Shown piece by piece: positions 43,003-52,530 of a DNA stretch of 64,000 nt. The position numbers and the translations under genes are program-made. How positions within the stretch are numbered: the first letter of the stretch is position 1; every line of letters starts with the position of its first letter. The stretch is from an uncultured delta proteobacterium (lineage in GTDB: Bacteria; Desulfobacterota; Binatia; UBA9968): NCBI GenBank assembly GCA_963760795.1, contig CAVXEP010000022.1, positions 64,001 through 128,000 of the forward strand, given 5' to 3'. The notes beneath the pieces are model-generated. The model saw only the letters and a list, made by a program, of their open reading frames with translations, was not told the origin of the DNA and ran no database searches.

Positions 43003-43233
43003 ATGCTCGTACAGGTTACATACCAATCGAAACTTGACGCGGCTAATAAAGCGACCGAATTTACTCAGACAGCCTTTTTTGAAGCCGAAGGTCTCCCCGA
43101 GAAACCAACCGTTGTTAATAAATTGAAAGAAATGAGTGTCGATTTTGCCGAAGACACCCTCATAATAGCGGCCTACATTGATGAAGATGCGGACACGATA
43201 CGAAGCAACGGCTTTAGTGTAACCGAGCTCTAA
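43003..43233 (+). CDS. Hypothetical protein
   Basis: RBS GGAGG then MLVQVTYQSK; 76 aa. Confidence 0.55.
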   Translation: MLVQVTYQSKLDAANKATEFTQTAFFEAEGLPEKPTVVNKLKEMSVDFAEDTLIIAAYIDEDADTIRSNGFSVTEL

Positions 43234-43815
43234 AAAAGAATGGGCCAGGAGTGGCAACCTGACCCATTCACTCTACGGTGGGAACTTCTCCGCCCCGCCA
43301 CACGGCAGTTATAATATTCGCTTTGTCCTTATTTTCCAAGGAAAAAATCTCTCCGAGTTATCCACTTCTCAAGCCGTACCGTTCGGCGATAATAGGTTCG
43401 AACGAAAAAGTTGGCAGCGGGAGGTGTGGGAGTCCAAACGCTTTGTCATTATCACGGTTTCGTTGGCGGCTATCGGCCTTTTTCTCTATTTCACTGGGTG
43501 AGGAGCCGGGTTCTTATCAACGTTCTACGGCGCTTTCCTCTCCCTCATTAATTTAGCCCTGTAATTCAACTTCATTGATCGGATAACCCCTGATTCGTCT
43601 TCAAACGGCAAACCCCGAAATCGACTTATCGACGGTACTAAGAATCCGCGGGCGTAGGGCTCGGCGCCTACTCGACCGAGAGAATGATAACTTCCACTAC
43701 CTGAAATTTCAGCTCACCACAGATTAACTCGTTGTCTCACAAATCTGACAAGGTGCTTTTGCTTTGTCGCTTTTACAGGCTGTAGAAAGCGAAGTGTCAG
43801 AATAACAGCAAATTT

Positions 43816-44007
43816 ATGAATAAAGACGACTTAAAGCTTAAAATCCTTGAGCAATGGGCCCGATATTTGCCCAATCCAAACCGCGCCGAGTATCAAGACA
43901 AATTAAAGTTCTATGCCTGGCTCAAGGACGCTTACTCGGAACCGATTCAATGGGGGGGCTGGAACCGAAATGGAACGCTGGCAAAATATTCAAGCCTGGT
44001 TAAATAA
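43816..44007 (+). CDS. Hypothetical protein, possibly frameshifted
   Basis: 63-aa AT-rich ORF with natural-looking composition. Confidence 0.4.
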   Translation: MNKDDLKLKILEQWARYLPNPNRAEYQDKLKFYAWLKDAYSEPIQWGGWNRNGTLAKYSSLVK

Positions 44008-44205
44008 ATGAAAAGACTCTAAACCATGAGGCGTATTCCGACACTGTTGCTGTTAGTTGGGCTTGTTCTCACTCCGGTCGCGTTATGGAGCGTAATTTCA
44101 GCTTATCCATGCTAGAGACGGCCGAATTACGGCTTGAAAAATCACAGCGATACCATTTATGAACCTCAAAAATTCATGCAAATCGATCATTTGTGATCAG
44201 TTCTC

Positions 44206-45579
44206 CTATGGAACGAGAAGATGAGCACTTGCAAAAACGGAATTTTCGATCAGTGAGACGACAACGTTATGAAGATTTGGGCCACCACCGCTCCCTGTGT
44301 GTTCTTGCGGACGATATTGCGTCTCCCATTTCAGGAGCGGACGTACGACCCCTCCCCACGTGTCGGTCCAGTCGCCGCGGGCTGAATCACCATCCAGGGT
44401 GTCGTCATACACCTGAAATGCCACTACATCACGTTCGTATGCGTGGATGATCGTCGGATTTAGACTACCAATACCTACGCTGACATACATCGAGCCTTCG
44501 GATAATAAGTTACCGGGAATCCATGCTGTGCTTATGTATCTTCCCTTCGGGCGTGGGCGTCTTCGCCAAACGGCGTCATGATCCACTGCTGAAAAGGCCT
44601 CGACGCCCTGTTCGTTATAAAACTCATAAAAAGGAGACAGCACGTGCCCCCCCCGAAGCACTTCATACTCCATATCGATTCCGATTGGCTGGCGGATGTC
44701 CATTGCATCGCTAATCTGTCCATGTCCTGTCCGCACCCGCACGGCCCGCAGCCGCACGTTTTTGCCGCCTGGTGCTCGTGCCGGATCATGCCATTCTCGT
44801 GATGCGGTAGTGCCCTGTCCGGAGTTTAGATACGTACTAACAACTTTGTGCGGCGTACCATCGTCCACAATCCTGCCTTCATCCAAAACAATCGCTCGCC
44901 CGCAAAGCCGAGTAATCGCCGGCATGCTGTGAGACACAAATAAAACTGTCCGCCCTTCTTGCCCGAAGTCCTGCATCCGGGTTAAGCACTTCTTCTGAAA
45001 ACTCGCATCGCCGACAGCCAGCACCTCATCAACGATTAAAATCTCTGGCTCCAGGTGTGCCGCAACGCCAAAGGCCAGACGTACATACATGCCGCTTGAA
45101 TACCGCTTCACGGGTGTATCGAGGAACTTTTCTACTCCAGAGAAATCCACGATCTCGTCGAACTTGCGGTCGATTTCCGCTTTCTTCATCCCTAGTATGG
45201 CGCCGTTCAGGTAGATGTTCTCGCGGCCCGTGAGTTCACCATTGAAACCTGTGCCCACTTCCAACAAGCTCGCTACCCGTCCGTGAATCTCCGCCCGTCC
45301 TGCCGTTGGCTCAGTGATTCGCGAAAGTAACTTGAGCAATGTGCTTTTCCCAGCTCCGTTACGTCCGATGATTCCAAGCACTTCGCCGCGCTGGACTTCA
45401 AAGGACACGTCCTTTAAAGCCCAAAAAGTCTCGGTATGACCACGCGAGTGTCCGTTTCGCCGGAACAGGGATTTGATATTGTCCGAGAGCTGATCACGCA
45501 GGGTATCATGGCGATATCTTCCTACAGCGATCTCGTATTTTTTGGACAAGTTCTCTAATCGAATGGCAACGTTTGACAT
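44206..45579 (-). CDS. wzt: Polysaccharide export ABC ATPase with C-terminal Wzt_C domain
   Basis: FWALKDVSF, GRNGAGKST, LLEVGTGF, PVKRYSSGMYVRLAF, DEVLAVGD, VSH. Confidence 0.92.
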   Translation of the reverse strand: MSNVAIRLENLSKKYEIAVGRYRHDTLRDQLSDNIKSLFRRNGHSRGHTETFWALKDVSFEVQRGEVLGIIGRNGAGKSTLLKLLSRITEPTAGRAEIHGRVASLLEVGTGFNGELTGRENIYLNGAILGMKKAEIDRKFDEIVDFSGVEKFLDTPVKRYSSGMYVRLAFGVAAHLEPEILIVDEVLAVGDASFQKKCLTRMQDFGQEGRTVLFVSHSMPAITRLCGRAIVLDEGRIVDDGTPHKVVSTYLNSGQGTTASREWHDPARAPGGKNVRLRAVRVRTGHGQISDAMDIRQPIGIDMEYEVLRGGHVLSPFYEFYNEQGVEAFSAVDHDAVWRRRPRPKGRYISTAWIPGNLLSEGSMYVSVGIGSLNPTIIHAYERDVVAFQVYDDTLDGDSARGDWTDTWGGVVRPLLKWETQYRPQEHTGSGGGPNLHNVVVSLIENSVFASAHLLVP

Positions 45580-46341
45580 AGTTTTAAGTCACTTAAACTA
45601 ATTAGTTCTCACTGAAAAAGTCAGAAAGTTCTTGGGTGTAAATACTGGATTGATGTAGACGAAGACATGCGCAGAGCAATATCGCAGCAGCTGAGTTTGT
45701 GCAAGCCGATTTCTACAATTTTAGCTTCAGTGCCACGGCCGCAGCCCTAAGCTCTTTCTGGAGATTTACTGGCTATTAGGTTACCAGCTGCCTCGTTACC
45801 GTGACATCGATTGTATGACCCCTGTATTGGATCTTCATTGGCCGTAGCGCGCGATACACTCTAACATGAAGTGCGAACGGGCACTGTCTAGTATTCACAG
45901 TCGGCGCCTTGCTTTTACGCTTTGACATGCGGTGGAAGAACGCTCCGTGATCTGTGGTGCCGCAATAACTCGACGCCTGGCGCCTGCGTATTATATCAGC
46001 TGGCAGTTACTTACAGCCTAATGTTTTCGGCTTCCAGGTGTGTTGACGCTTTCGTCCTTCTCCCCAACAGGATCTTCCGAGAGGCTTCTCTTTTCGCACA
46101 TTGAACACAATTGAGTCTCGCCCATGCAAATACAGCAAGCGAAGTCTTCTTTAATTCGGCTATCTAGTCTGATACATGGATGTCCGCACTTTGTTCCGAC
46201 ATCAACGCCACGAGTATTTCTATCCATAAATTTTCCCTAAAAAGAGTGTTTCAACCAAGTGTGCGAACTCCACGCCCAACGACCCACCGAGTGAAGTTGT
46301 AGTTATCACGTTCTTCTGGACTGGACGTCATGATTGCCTAC

Positions 46342-46737
46342 TCAATCGAGCAGCTCCTTAGGCACATTCCCGCCGTTGGCGGCGATTTGCGCCAGAACGG
46401 TCTTGTGCAGCCAAATATTCATCTTCGCCGAATCCCCCATGAGATCCGCCGGGCAGCCCAGCTCCGTAGCCAGCTCCTTGCGCGCCGCAAAGCTGCTATC
46501 GATCTCGAGCAGCTTCAGCAGGTCGACGATGGAAGTGCGCCAGTTCAGCTTCTGCGGGTTAGCTGCCGCGCGCTGCTCCAGCTGCGCGACGACATCGACG
46601 ACCGCGACCGGCCTGGGCGGCGGCGGTGCTGCCTGACCAGCAGTGGGGCTTGCCGCCGAGGTGGGAGGCGGCGTAGCAGGGTTAACGTCCTTGCTGCCGA
46701 TGCCCAATTTCTGAAGTATATTGCTGAAGAATCCCAT
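46342..46737 (-). CDS. DUF3597 domain protein
   Basis: LNWRTSIVDLLKLL.IDSS..ARKELA, MNIWLHK..ANGGNVP. Confidence 0.9.
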   Translation of the reverse strand: MGFFSNILQKLGIGSKDVNPATPPPTSAASPTAGQAAPPPPRPVAVVDVVAQLEQRAAANPQKLNWRTSIVDLLKLLEIDSSFAARKELATELGCPADLMGDSAKMNIWLHKTVLAQIAANGGNVPKELLD

Positions 46738-47270
46738 GGCGATCTCCTCATCTTATTTTGCCTGATTGGAAGCATTAAGCATGGACAGTGAGTCCGTGTT
46801 TATTCATCACATCCTAGCAGCGAGGGCATCATCGCTTCGCCCCAGGTTATAATCGGTGTTACAGGCATCAAAATCCTCATTATCTATAAAACTGCTTGAG
46901 TCAGTTGATCACGAAGGCATGCGTACACCGCCCGTCACCCCTCGATTACGATTGATAATTTCCAATGCCAGTTCAGTCTGATCGGCAGCGTCCACTAAGA
47001 GCAGCACCTGCTCGCCGTCAAGTTCTGGGACGCCGAGAGTCTCTTGCGCATTATGAATAGAGCAACTAAAGCAACGAACGTACCAACCTTAAATGTCTGG
47101 TAGAGTAATAAAGTGTCTTGGATGTGACCCAAAGACAGGTCAATTTTCCCGAAGATGAAACGGAGCACGTGTGTCCGCATGCGAATGAAGACAAGTGTTA
47201 TAAGCAAATCGTAGATAAAGCACTGTCACGGTTGGCTCGCCCGCGATCGCTGCGAGATGTGTCCGCCACC

Positions 47271-47470
47271 ATGCTCAGGTATATCGCCCGATCCTGTCCC
47301 AAGTGCCACGACTATTTCGGCATATTCGTGAACCAAGAGCTGACGAGTAACGGCGAGCATCCGATCAACGCTTATTGTGCGGCTATCAGTTCAAAAGCTG
47401 GCGGTTAATTGAGGGTCGGAAGCGCAAGATCCACGAATATCCCGGCAGGATGCCAAAGGTGTTCAGCTAG
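47271..47470 (+). pseudogene. Small Zn-ribbon-like protein (frameshifted)
   Basis: MLRYIARSCPKCHDYFG..AYC, then shifted frame CGYQFKSWRL. Confidence 0.45.
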
Positions 47471-47701
47471 TGGACCGCTACTTAGCGCCGTTCCCGCCCC
47501 CCGGAAACTACCGTTCAGTCATTGCCCCAACGTCCGGCGCCCGTTGCAGTAAAAACAATGAAAACTGTCTAATTCGAGACAGCGCCCACCCGCATTACAC
47601 GATAGAGAGGTTCTATGAAAAAGCCCATTTCGGCCCTCATGGTCGCGCTGTTACTGGGCACCACCAGCGCCGGTCCTTGACGTGCGGTAGAAGGCGACGC
47701 T

Positions 47702-48148
47702 ATGGCTCAAGCAAAGAAGACCTATCCCGTTATCCAACCGAACGTGCCCGGAACTTTCTTAATGCCGCAGCTATTTCGCTTCGGAAGAGCCGATGATCAG
47801 CCCAAGATAGCCTTGGTATGGGTACGAGGCGAGAGCCCGGCCGGTGTTCAATTGATGCTCCGGCTATCCCACCGGGCTTGCGCTTCGTTTTTACAGTCTG
47901 AAAACGCCGATGCCGCTCTTTTGCGGGACGAGCTAGAGCTTGAAGTTGTAACTCTTCCGCCAGACGTGAAGGAATGCGCATTTCCTTTGTTGTTAGCCTA
48001 TAAGGGGCTTTTGTGCGTTGACGAGACCGGTTACATCGTGGAGTTTTCCGGAGAACGCTCCGATCAGCGGATACTGATTTCAATGTCTTCACAGGCATAC
48101 AAGAGTCTCCTTCATCACCTCAAGAAACTATTCCCCCACCGTGACTGA
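47702..48148 (+). CDS. Hypothetical protein
   Basis: 148-aa ORF with a repeated promoter motif upstream and a junction repeat right after the stop. Confidence 0.6.
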   Translation: MAQAKKTYPVIQPNVPGTFLMPQLFRFGRADDQPKIALVWVRGESPAGVQLMLRLSHRACASFLQSENADAALLRDELELEVVTLPPDVKECAFPLLLAYKGLLCVDETGYIVEFSGERSDQRILISMSSQAYKSLLHHLKKLFPHRD

Positions 48149-48298
48149 AAAATCCGGCGCCCTCTCCGGCGTCAATTCTCCCGGCTTCCACCAGGATTCA
48201 CCGCGCCCCCAGCGCTCCGCGGCCTGCTCGCTTCGTAGAAAAAATTCTTGAAAACCCCGGACTCCCCGGAATACAAGATTCGCGTCTAGGAGGTGTCT

Positions 48299-48743
48299 AT
48301 GAGCAATACTATTAACCCTAATCCTGACGGTGATTTTCCCACTCCGGGTTTTTGCATTAGGTGAAGTCTTCAAGATCGAGACTTCCGGGACTGAGTACTG
48401 CGGGGATAACGATTTTGAGAGGCTCAGCGCCACAAACAAGGTGGATCTTTGGGTCCAAGTCGTAAGCGATGAGCAGTTGACAGTTTCGACGACAGCTAAC
48501 TTTGCACCAGGCACGACGTTCACGATGCGCGGCTACACGTATTTGACCGGAGCTACTGCCGCGGCTTTTGTGGCAGGCGTTCATTTCGTCGACGATTCTT
48601 TTGCGACAATTCAAGGTACGGCGAAGTTCGATCGGCGAACCGGCGGTGTTACGAGTCTAACCGGGACTTTCATTCAAAGCGATGTGTTCTTCCCGAACTG
48701 CTTCTCTTCGGGGAAGTTCACCAGCAATAAGATTAGCGGGTAA
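48299..48743 (+). CDS. Hypothetical secreted beta-rich protein (indel just after start)
   Basis: RBS AGGAGG plus ATG 48299; shifted frame gives signal AILLTLILTVIFPLRVFA. Confidence 0.65.
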
Positions 48744-48854
48744 TTTCTTTCGGTTGTCGCCACAGAGTGAAACCCGTTTTCTACTTTAGAAGAAAATAGA
48801 AACGCACCGAGGCGCGCCGACACATCAAAAGCGAATCTAATCAAGCCGGTGGAT

Positions 48855-48886
48855 TGGTGCGAGGAGAGGGATTTGAACCCGTACGA
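48855..48886 (-). other. 3' fragment of a different tRNA (old att remnant)
   Basis: GGGTTCAAATCCCTCTCCTCGCACCA: T-loop, acceptor strand and CCA; does not match the resident tRNA-Leu. Confidence 0.7.
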
Positions 48887-49177
48887 CAAACCGGGCGTCC
48901 GATTCGATCTATTTTAGATAAAAATAGATGGCGACTGGAGTGGGGGAGGTTGCCCTGTCGAGTACGCGGCGAAAGCTGTATGGGGGCACCCACTCCCGGG
49001 TCGAATCCAAAACCGGCGAATCCATGTCTGCCATGTCTGCATTTCCACGCGGAAACGCGACTGAATAAAGACCTATGTGCGGAATGTGAAGAATGTGCGG
49101 AATTGAAATTGGAAGCAGAAACAAGGGCTTGACTGTAACCGCTTGACCCTGCACGACTTCTTACTTTCGCAGCGTAC

Positions 49178-49220
49178 GGATTTTAAGTCCCTTGTGTCTA
49201 CCTATTCCACCATCCGGGCT
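49178..49220 (-). repeat. 5' half of tRNA-Leu(TAA) left at the native locus (att site)
   Basis: GCCCGGATGG...GACTTAAAATCC then unrelated sequence; upstream TGTGCTAGAAAT promoter-like motif and the hppA terminator. Confidence 0.92.
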
Positions 49221-49274
49221 GAGACGGGAGCGGCGAGAATAATTTCTAGCACAAAACTCCTACGTGGAAAATGC

Positions 49275-49300
49275 GAAGGCCTCTCGCGGGAGAGGCCTTC
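49275..49300 (-). terminator. Hairpin terminator after hppA
   Basis: GAAGGCCTCTC-N4-GAGAGGCCTTC perfect 11-bp stem. Confidence 0.7.
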
Positions 49301-49318
49301 TTTAGTTGAACTGTTTTC

Positions 49319-51448
49319 TTAAACAAACAATGGCGCCAAGACCAGTGTGATCGTCGCCAACAACTTGATTAAGACGTGCAAGCTCGGCCCCGCGGTATCC
49401 TTGAACGGATCGCCCAAAGTATCGCCGACGACCGCGGCCTTGTGCGGATCGGAACCTTTGCCGCCACCGGCGAACTGGCCGCTCTCGATATATTTCTTGG
49501 CGTTGTCCCAGGCGCCGCCGCTGTTGTTGAAAAACGTCGCCAGCAAGATTCCCGTAATCGTACCGACCATCAAGAACGCCGCCACAGCCTCGGCACCGAT
49601 GCCGAACATACGGAAAACCAGACCGACGGCCACCGGCATGGTCACCGCGAGCAAACCGGGGACGACCATTTGCTTCAAAGCGCCGACCGTGACGATATCG
49701 ACGCAGCGACGGTAGTCGGGCTTCACCGTGCCCAAGAGAATGCCGGGATTTTCTCTGAACTGCCGGCGCACCTCGTTGATGACATAATAGGCCGCTTTAC
49801 CCACGGCTCGAATTGCGAAGGACGAGAACAGAAAAACCAGCATCGCGCCGAGCAAGCCGCCGACGAACACTTCCGGCTTGGCGATGTTGACGACTTCCAA
49901 CGGATGGCCGTAATGGGCCACTTCATCGAGATAAGCGGAGAATAGCAGGAACGCAGCCAGCGCCGCCGAGCCGATGGCGTAGCCTTTGGTCAGCGCCTTG
50001 GTCGTGTTGCCAACCGCATCCAAGCGATCCGTCTTGTGGCGCACTTCTTCGGGCTGGCCGCTCATCTCGACGATGCCGCCGGCGTTGTCGGTGATCGGGC
50101 CGAAGGTGTCCATGGCAAGAATATAAGCCGCAGTGCCCAGCATACCCATGGTCGCCACCGCGGTGCCGAACAGGCCGGCTTTTTCCACGCCGCTGTTCAG
50201 TCCAAGATAGTAGGAGGTGATAATCGCCACGGAAATCACCAGTACGGGAATCGCCGTGCACTCGAGTCCCACCGCGATGCCGGCGATGATATTGGTCGCC
50301 GGGCCGGTCTTCGACGCCTCGGCGATTTCGCGCACCGGTCGATACCTGTACTCGGTATAATATTGAGTAATGTAAACGAAGGCCTGAGCCATCAAGATAC
50401 CGACCACGCCGCAGAGGAAAAAATAAAACCAAGCCGACTCTGCTGCAGGATATTTCGCGACATCGACGGCGAGCAAGTATTTCGCGGTAAAAAAGAAACC
50501 GACAATTGCCAACGCGCTGGTGACATAATAGCCCTTGTTAAGCGCCGCCATGGCATCGCCGTCTTCTTTTGTCTTGACCACCATGATGCCGATGATCGAA
50601 GCAACCAAGCCGAGCGCGCGCGCCACCAGCGGGAAAAGAATTCCTTTCAAACCGAAATAGGGAAACAAGCCGACGCCGAGAATCATCGCGCCGATATTTT
50701 CAGCAGCAGTCGACTCAAATAGATCGGCACCACGACCGGCGCAATCGCCGACGTTGTCGCCGACCAAGTCGGCGATGACCGCAGGGTTGCGCGGATCGTC
50801 TTCCGGAATACCGGCTTCGACTTTACCGACCAGATCCGCGCCGACGTCCGCCGCCTTGGTGTAGATGCCACCGCCCAACTGGGCGAAAAGCGCGACGAAC
50901 GACGCGCCGAAGCCATAACCGACGATGGTGAACGGAATTTTTTGCGGATCATGTCCGAGCGCGTCGAGCAACGCGTACAGACCCCCGACGCCGAGAAGGC
51001 TCATGGCGACGACGAACAAGCCGGAAACCGCGCCGCCGCGCATGGCGATCTGCAACGCTTCGTTGAGACTGGAACGAACCGCAGAGGCCGTGCGTATATT
51101 AGCGCGAATCGAAACCCACATGCCGACATAACCCGCGATCAGCGAACAGGCCGCGCCGAGCACGAAAGAGAGCGTCGTCCAAAAAGCCGTTTCCATGGGC
51201 GGCACCGGGTCAGCCTTGCTCGGCGTGCGCACGAAGGCGTAGAGGACAAAAATCAAGACCGCCAAGACCGCGGACAAAATGATGATGGTGCGGTTTTGCC
51301 GCGACATAAAAGCCTCGGCGCCCTCTTTGATGGCGTCCGAGATGTCCCGCATCTTTTGCGTGCCGGTGTCCTTGCTCAGCACCTGGCGCGCCAGGTACAC
51401 CGCAAAAGCCAGCGACAGACAACTAATCACTATAACAAATGGAATCAT
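49319..51448 (-). CDS. hppA: Membrane-bound H+-translocating pyrophosphatase (K+-independent signature)
   Basis: GGIYTKAADVGADLVGKVE, EDDPRN, DNVGD, GNTTKA, GGAWDNAKK, GDPFKDTAGP. Confidence 0.95.
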   Translation of the reverse strand: MIPFVIVISCLSLAFAVYLARQVLSKDTGTQKMRDISDAIKEGAEAFMSRQNRTIIILSAVLAVLIFVLYAFVRTPSKADPVPPMETAFWTTLSFVLGAACSLIAGYVGMWVSIRANIRTASAVRSSLNEALQIAMRGGAVSGLFVVAMSLLGVGGLYALLDALGHDPQKIPFTIVGYGFGASFVALFAQLGGGIYTKAADVGADLVGKVEAGIPEDDPRNPAVIADLVGDNVGDCAGRGADLFESTAAENIGAMILGVGLFPYFGLKGILFPLVARALGLVASIIGIMVVKTKEDGDAMAALNKGYYVTSALAIVGFFFTAKYLLAVDVAKYPAAESAWFYFFLCGVVGILMAQAFVYITQYYTEYRYRPVREIAEASKTGPATNIIAGIAVGLECTAIPVLVISVAIITSYYLGLNSGVEKAGLFGTAVATMGMLGTAAYILAMDTFGPITDNAGGIVEMSGQPEEVRHKTDRLDAVGNTTKALTKGYAIGSAALAAFLLFSAYLDEVAHYGHPLEVVNIAKPEVFVGGLLGAMLVFLFSSFAIRAVGKAAYYVINEVRRQFRENPGILLGTVKPDYRRCVDIVTVGALKQMVVPGLLAVTMPVAVGLVFRMFGIGAEAVAAFLMVGTITGILLATFFNNSGGAWDNAKKYIESGQFAGGGKGSDPHKAAVVGDTLGDPFKDTAGPSLHVLIKLLATITLVLAPLFV

Positions 51449-51480
51449 GACTCCTCCTCATCCCTTGAAACAAACTTAGT

Positions 51481-52209
51481 TCAATCCGTTTTGCGCCAAA
51501 CATAAGCCACGCCGATACTCACCACGTACAACACCAACATCGGCAGCGCCAATAAACTTTGATTAATAATATCCGGTGTCGGCGTCAGCATCGCCGCTAT
51601 CACGAAAATGGCGATGATGGCGTAGCGAAATGAGCTGATCATCAAGCGATAATTCCACAATCCCAACCGCACCAGGAAAAAGGTAAAGACCGGCAGCTCA
51701 AAGGTCACGCCGAACGCCAAGACCATCCGGAAAAAAAACGTAAAATACTCGCCGATCCTGATTGCCGGCGTTACTCCCATAACGTTGTATTGCTCGATAA
51801 AATATTTAAAAGCCACGGGGAGAACGATTCGATAGCAAAAATAACTGCCGCCAAGAAAAAACAAGGTCGCGCAAACCACGAACGGCAGCACGAGTTTTTT
51901 TTCGCCACCGGATAAACCCGGCGCGATAAATCGCCAGATTTGAAAAAAAATATACGGACAGGAAAGCAGCACTCCCGCCGCGATGGCGACTTTGATCTCG
52001 CTGAAAAAGGCTTCGGTGACGCCGGTTCCTATCAAGCTCTGCCCCGGCTGCAGATTTGCCCGCAAAGGCGCAACCATAAAGTCAAAGATTGCGTTGGAAA
52101 AGAAGTAGCAAACCACCGAGCCGACAAAAACCGCGATCACCGAGCTAAGTAAACACCAACGGAGCTCCTCAAGGTGCTCCGTGAGAGTCATATTAGTATG
52201 GATCGCCAC
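51481..52209 (-). CDS. tatC: Twin-arginine translocase subunit TatC
   Basis: EHLEELR, QIWRFIAPGL, FGVTFELP, AAMLTPTPD. Confidence 0.95.
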   Translation of the reverse strand: MAIHTNMTLTEHLEELRWCLLSSVIAVFVGSVVCYFFSNAIFDFMVAPLRANLQPGQSLIGTGVTEAFFSEIKVAIAAGVLLSCPYIFFQIWRFIAPGLSGGEKKLVLPFVVCATLFFLGGSYFCYRIVLPVAFKYFIEQYNVMGVTPAIRIGEYFTFFFRMVLAFGVTFELPVFTFFLVRLGLWNYRLMISSFRYAIIAIFVIAAMLTPTPDIINQSLLALPMLVLYVVSIGVAYVWRKTD

Positions 52210-52235
52210 GCGTCAGAACTAAGCACCGAAATTGC

Positions 52236-52269
52236 AAAAAAGGGGAAGGTATTCCCCTTCCCCTTTTTT
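52236..52269 (-). terminator. Intrinsic terminator (bidirectional form)
   Basis: A6-GGGGAAGG-loop-CCTTCCCC-T6. Confidence 0.85.
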
Positions 52270-52296
52270 GGTTGGCCAAGATAAGCTCGAAAGATC

Positions 52297-52530
52297 TTAC
52301 TTGGTTTTTGCCTCTTCTTTCTTCTCCATTGGCTTCTCAGCGGCCTTATCGGCTGCCGGAGCGCCATCCTTGGCCGGCTCAGCGGCCGGCGGCGGTGCTG
52401 GCTCCACTGGCGCTGCCGGAGCTGGCGGCGGCGGTGGCGGTGCTGGCTCCTCCTTCTTGCCACAACCCACAACTGTCAAAGTAAGAGCAAACAACGCAAT
52501 CGCCGACAATGAAACAAATTTGTTCCGCAT
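52297..52530 (-). CDS. Small Pro/Ala-rich lipoprotein
   Basis: RBS GGAGG; lipobox VVGC followed by GKKEEPAPPPP. Confidence 0.8.
   Translation of the reverse strand: MRNKFVSLSAIALFALTLTVVGCGKKEEPAPPPPPPAPAAPVEPAPPPAAEPAKDGAPAADKAAEKPMEKKEEAKTK

Larger units (their letters stand above)
38938..49220. mobile_element. Element B: 10.2-kb integrative element flanked by 43-bp repeats of the tRNA-Leu 5' half
   Basis: 38938-38980 is identical to 49178-49220; xre-int module at the left end; TGTCTGC pairs inside both ends; AT-richer cargo. Confidence 0.85.

Noticed and set aside
41327-48180. Integron attC array or CRISPR array
   Set aside because: No RYYYAAC/GTTRRRY-bounded hairpins, no IntI-like integrase features recognised, no regular repeat-spacer period and no cas genes.
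48855-49219. Intron-containing or split tRNA formed by the 5' half at 49219 and the 3' fragment at 48855
   Set aside because: The break is after the anticodon stem rather than inside the UAA anticodon where group I introns insert, the acceptor halves mismatch, and no group I core was recognised.
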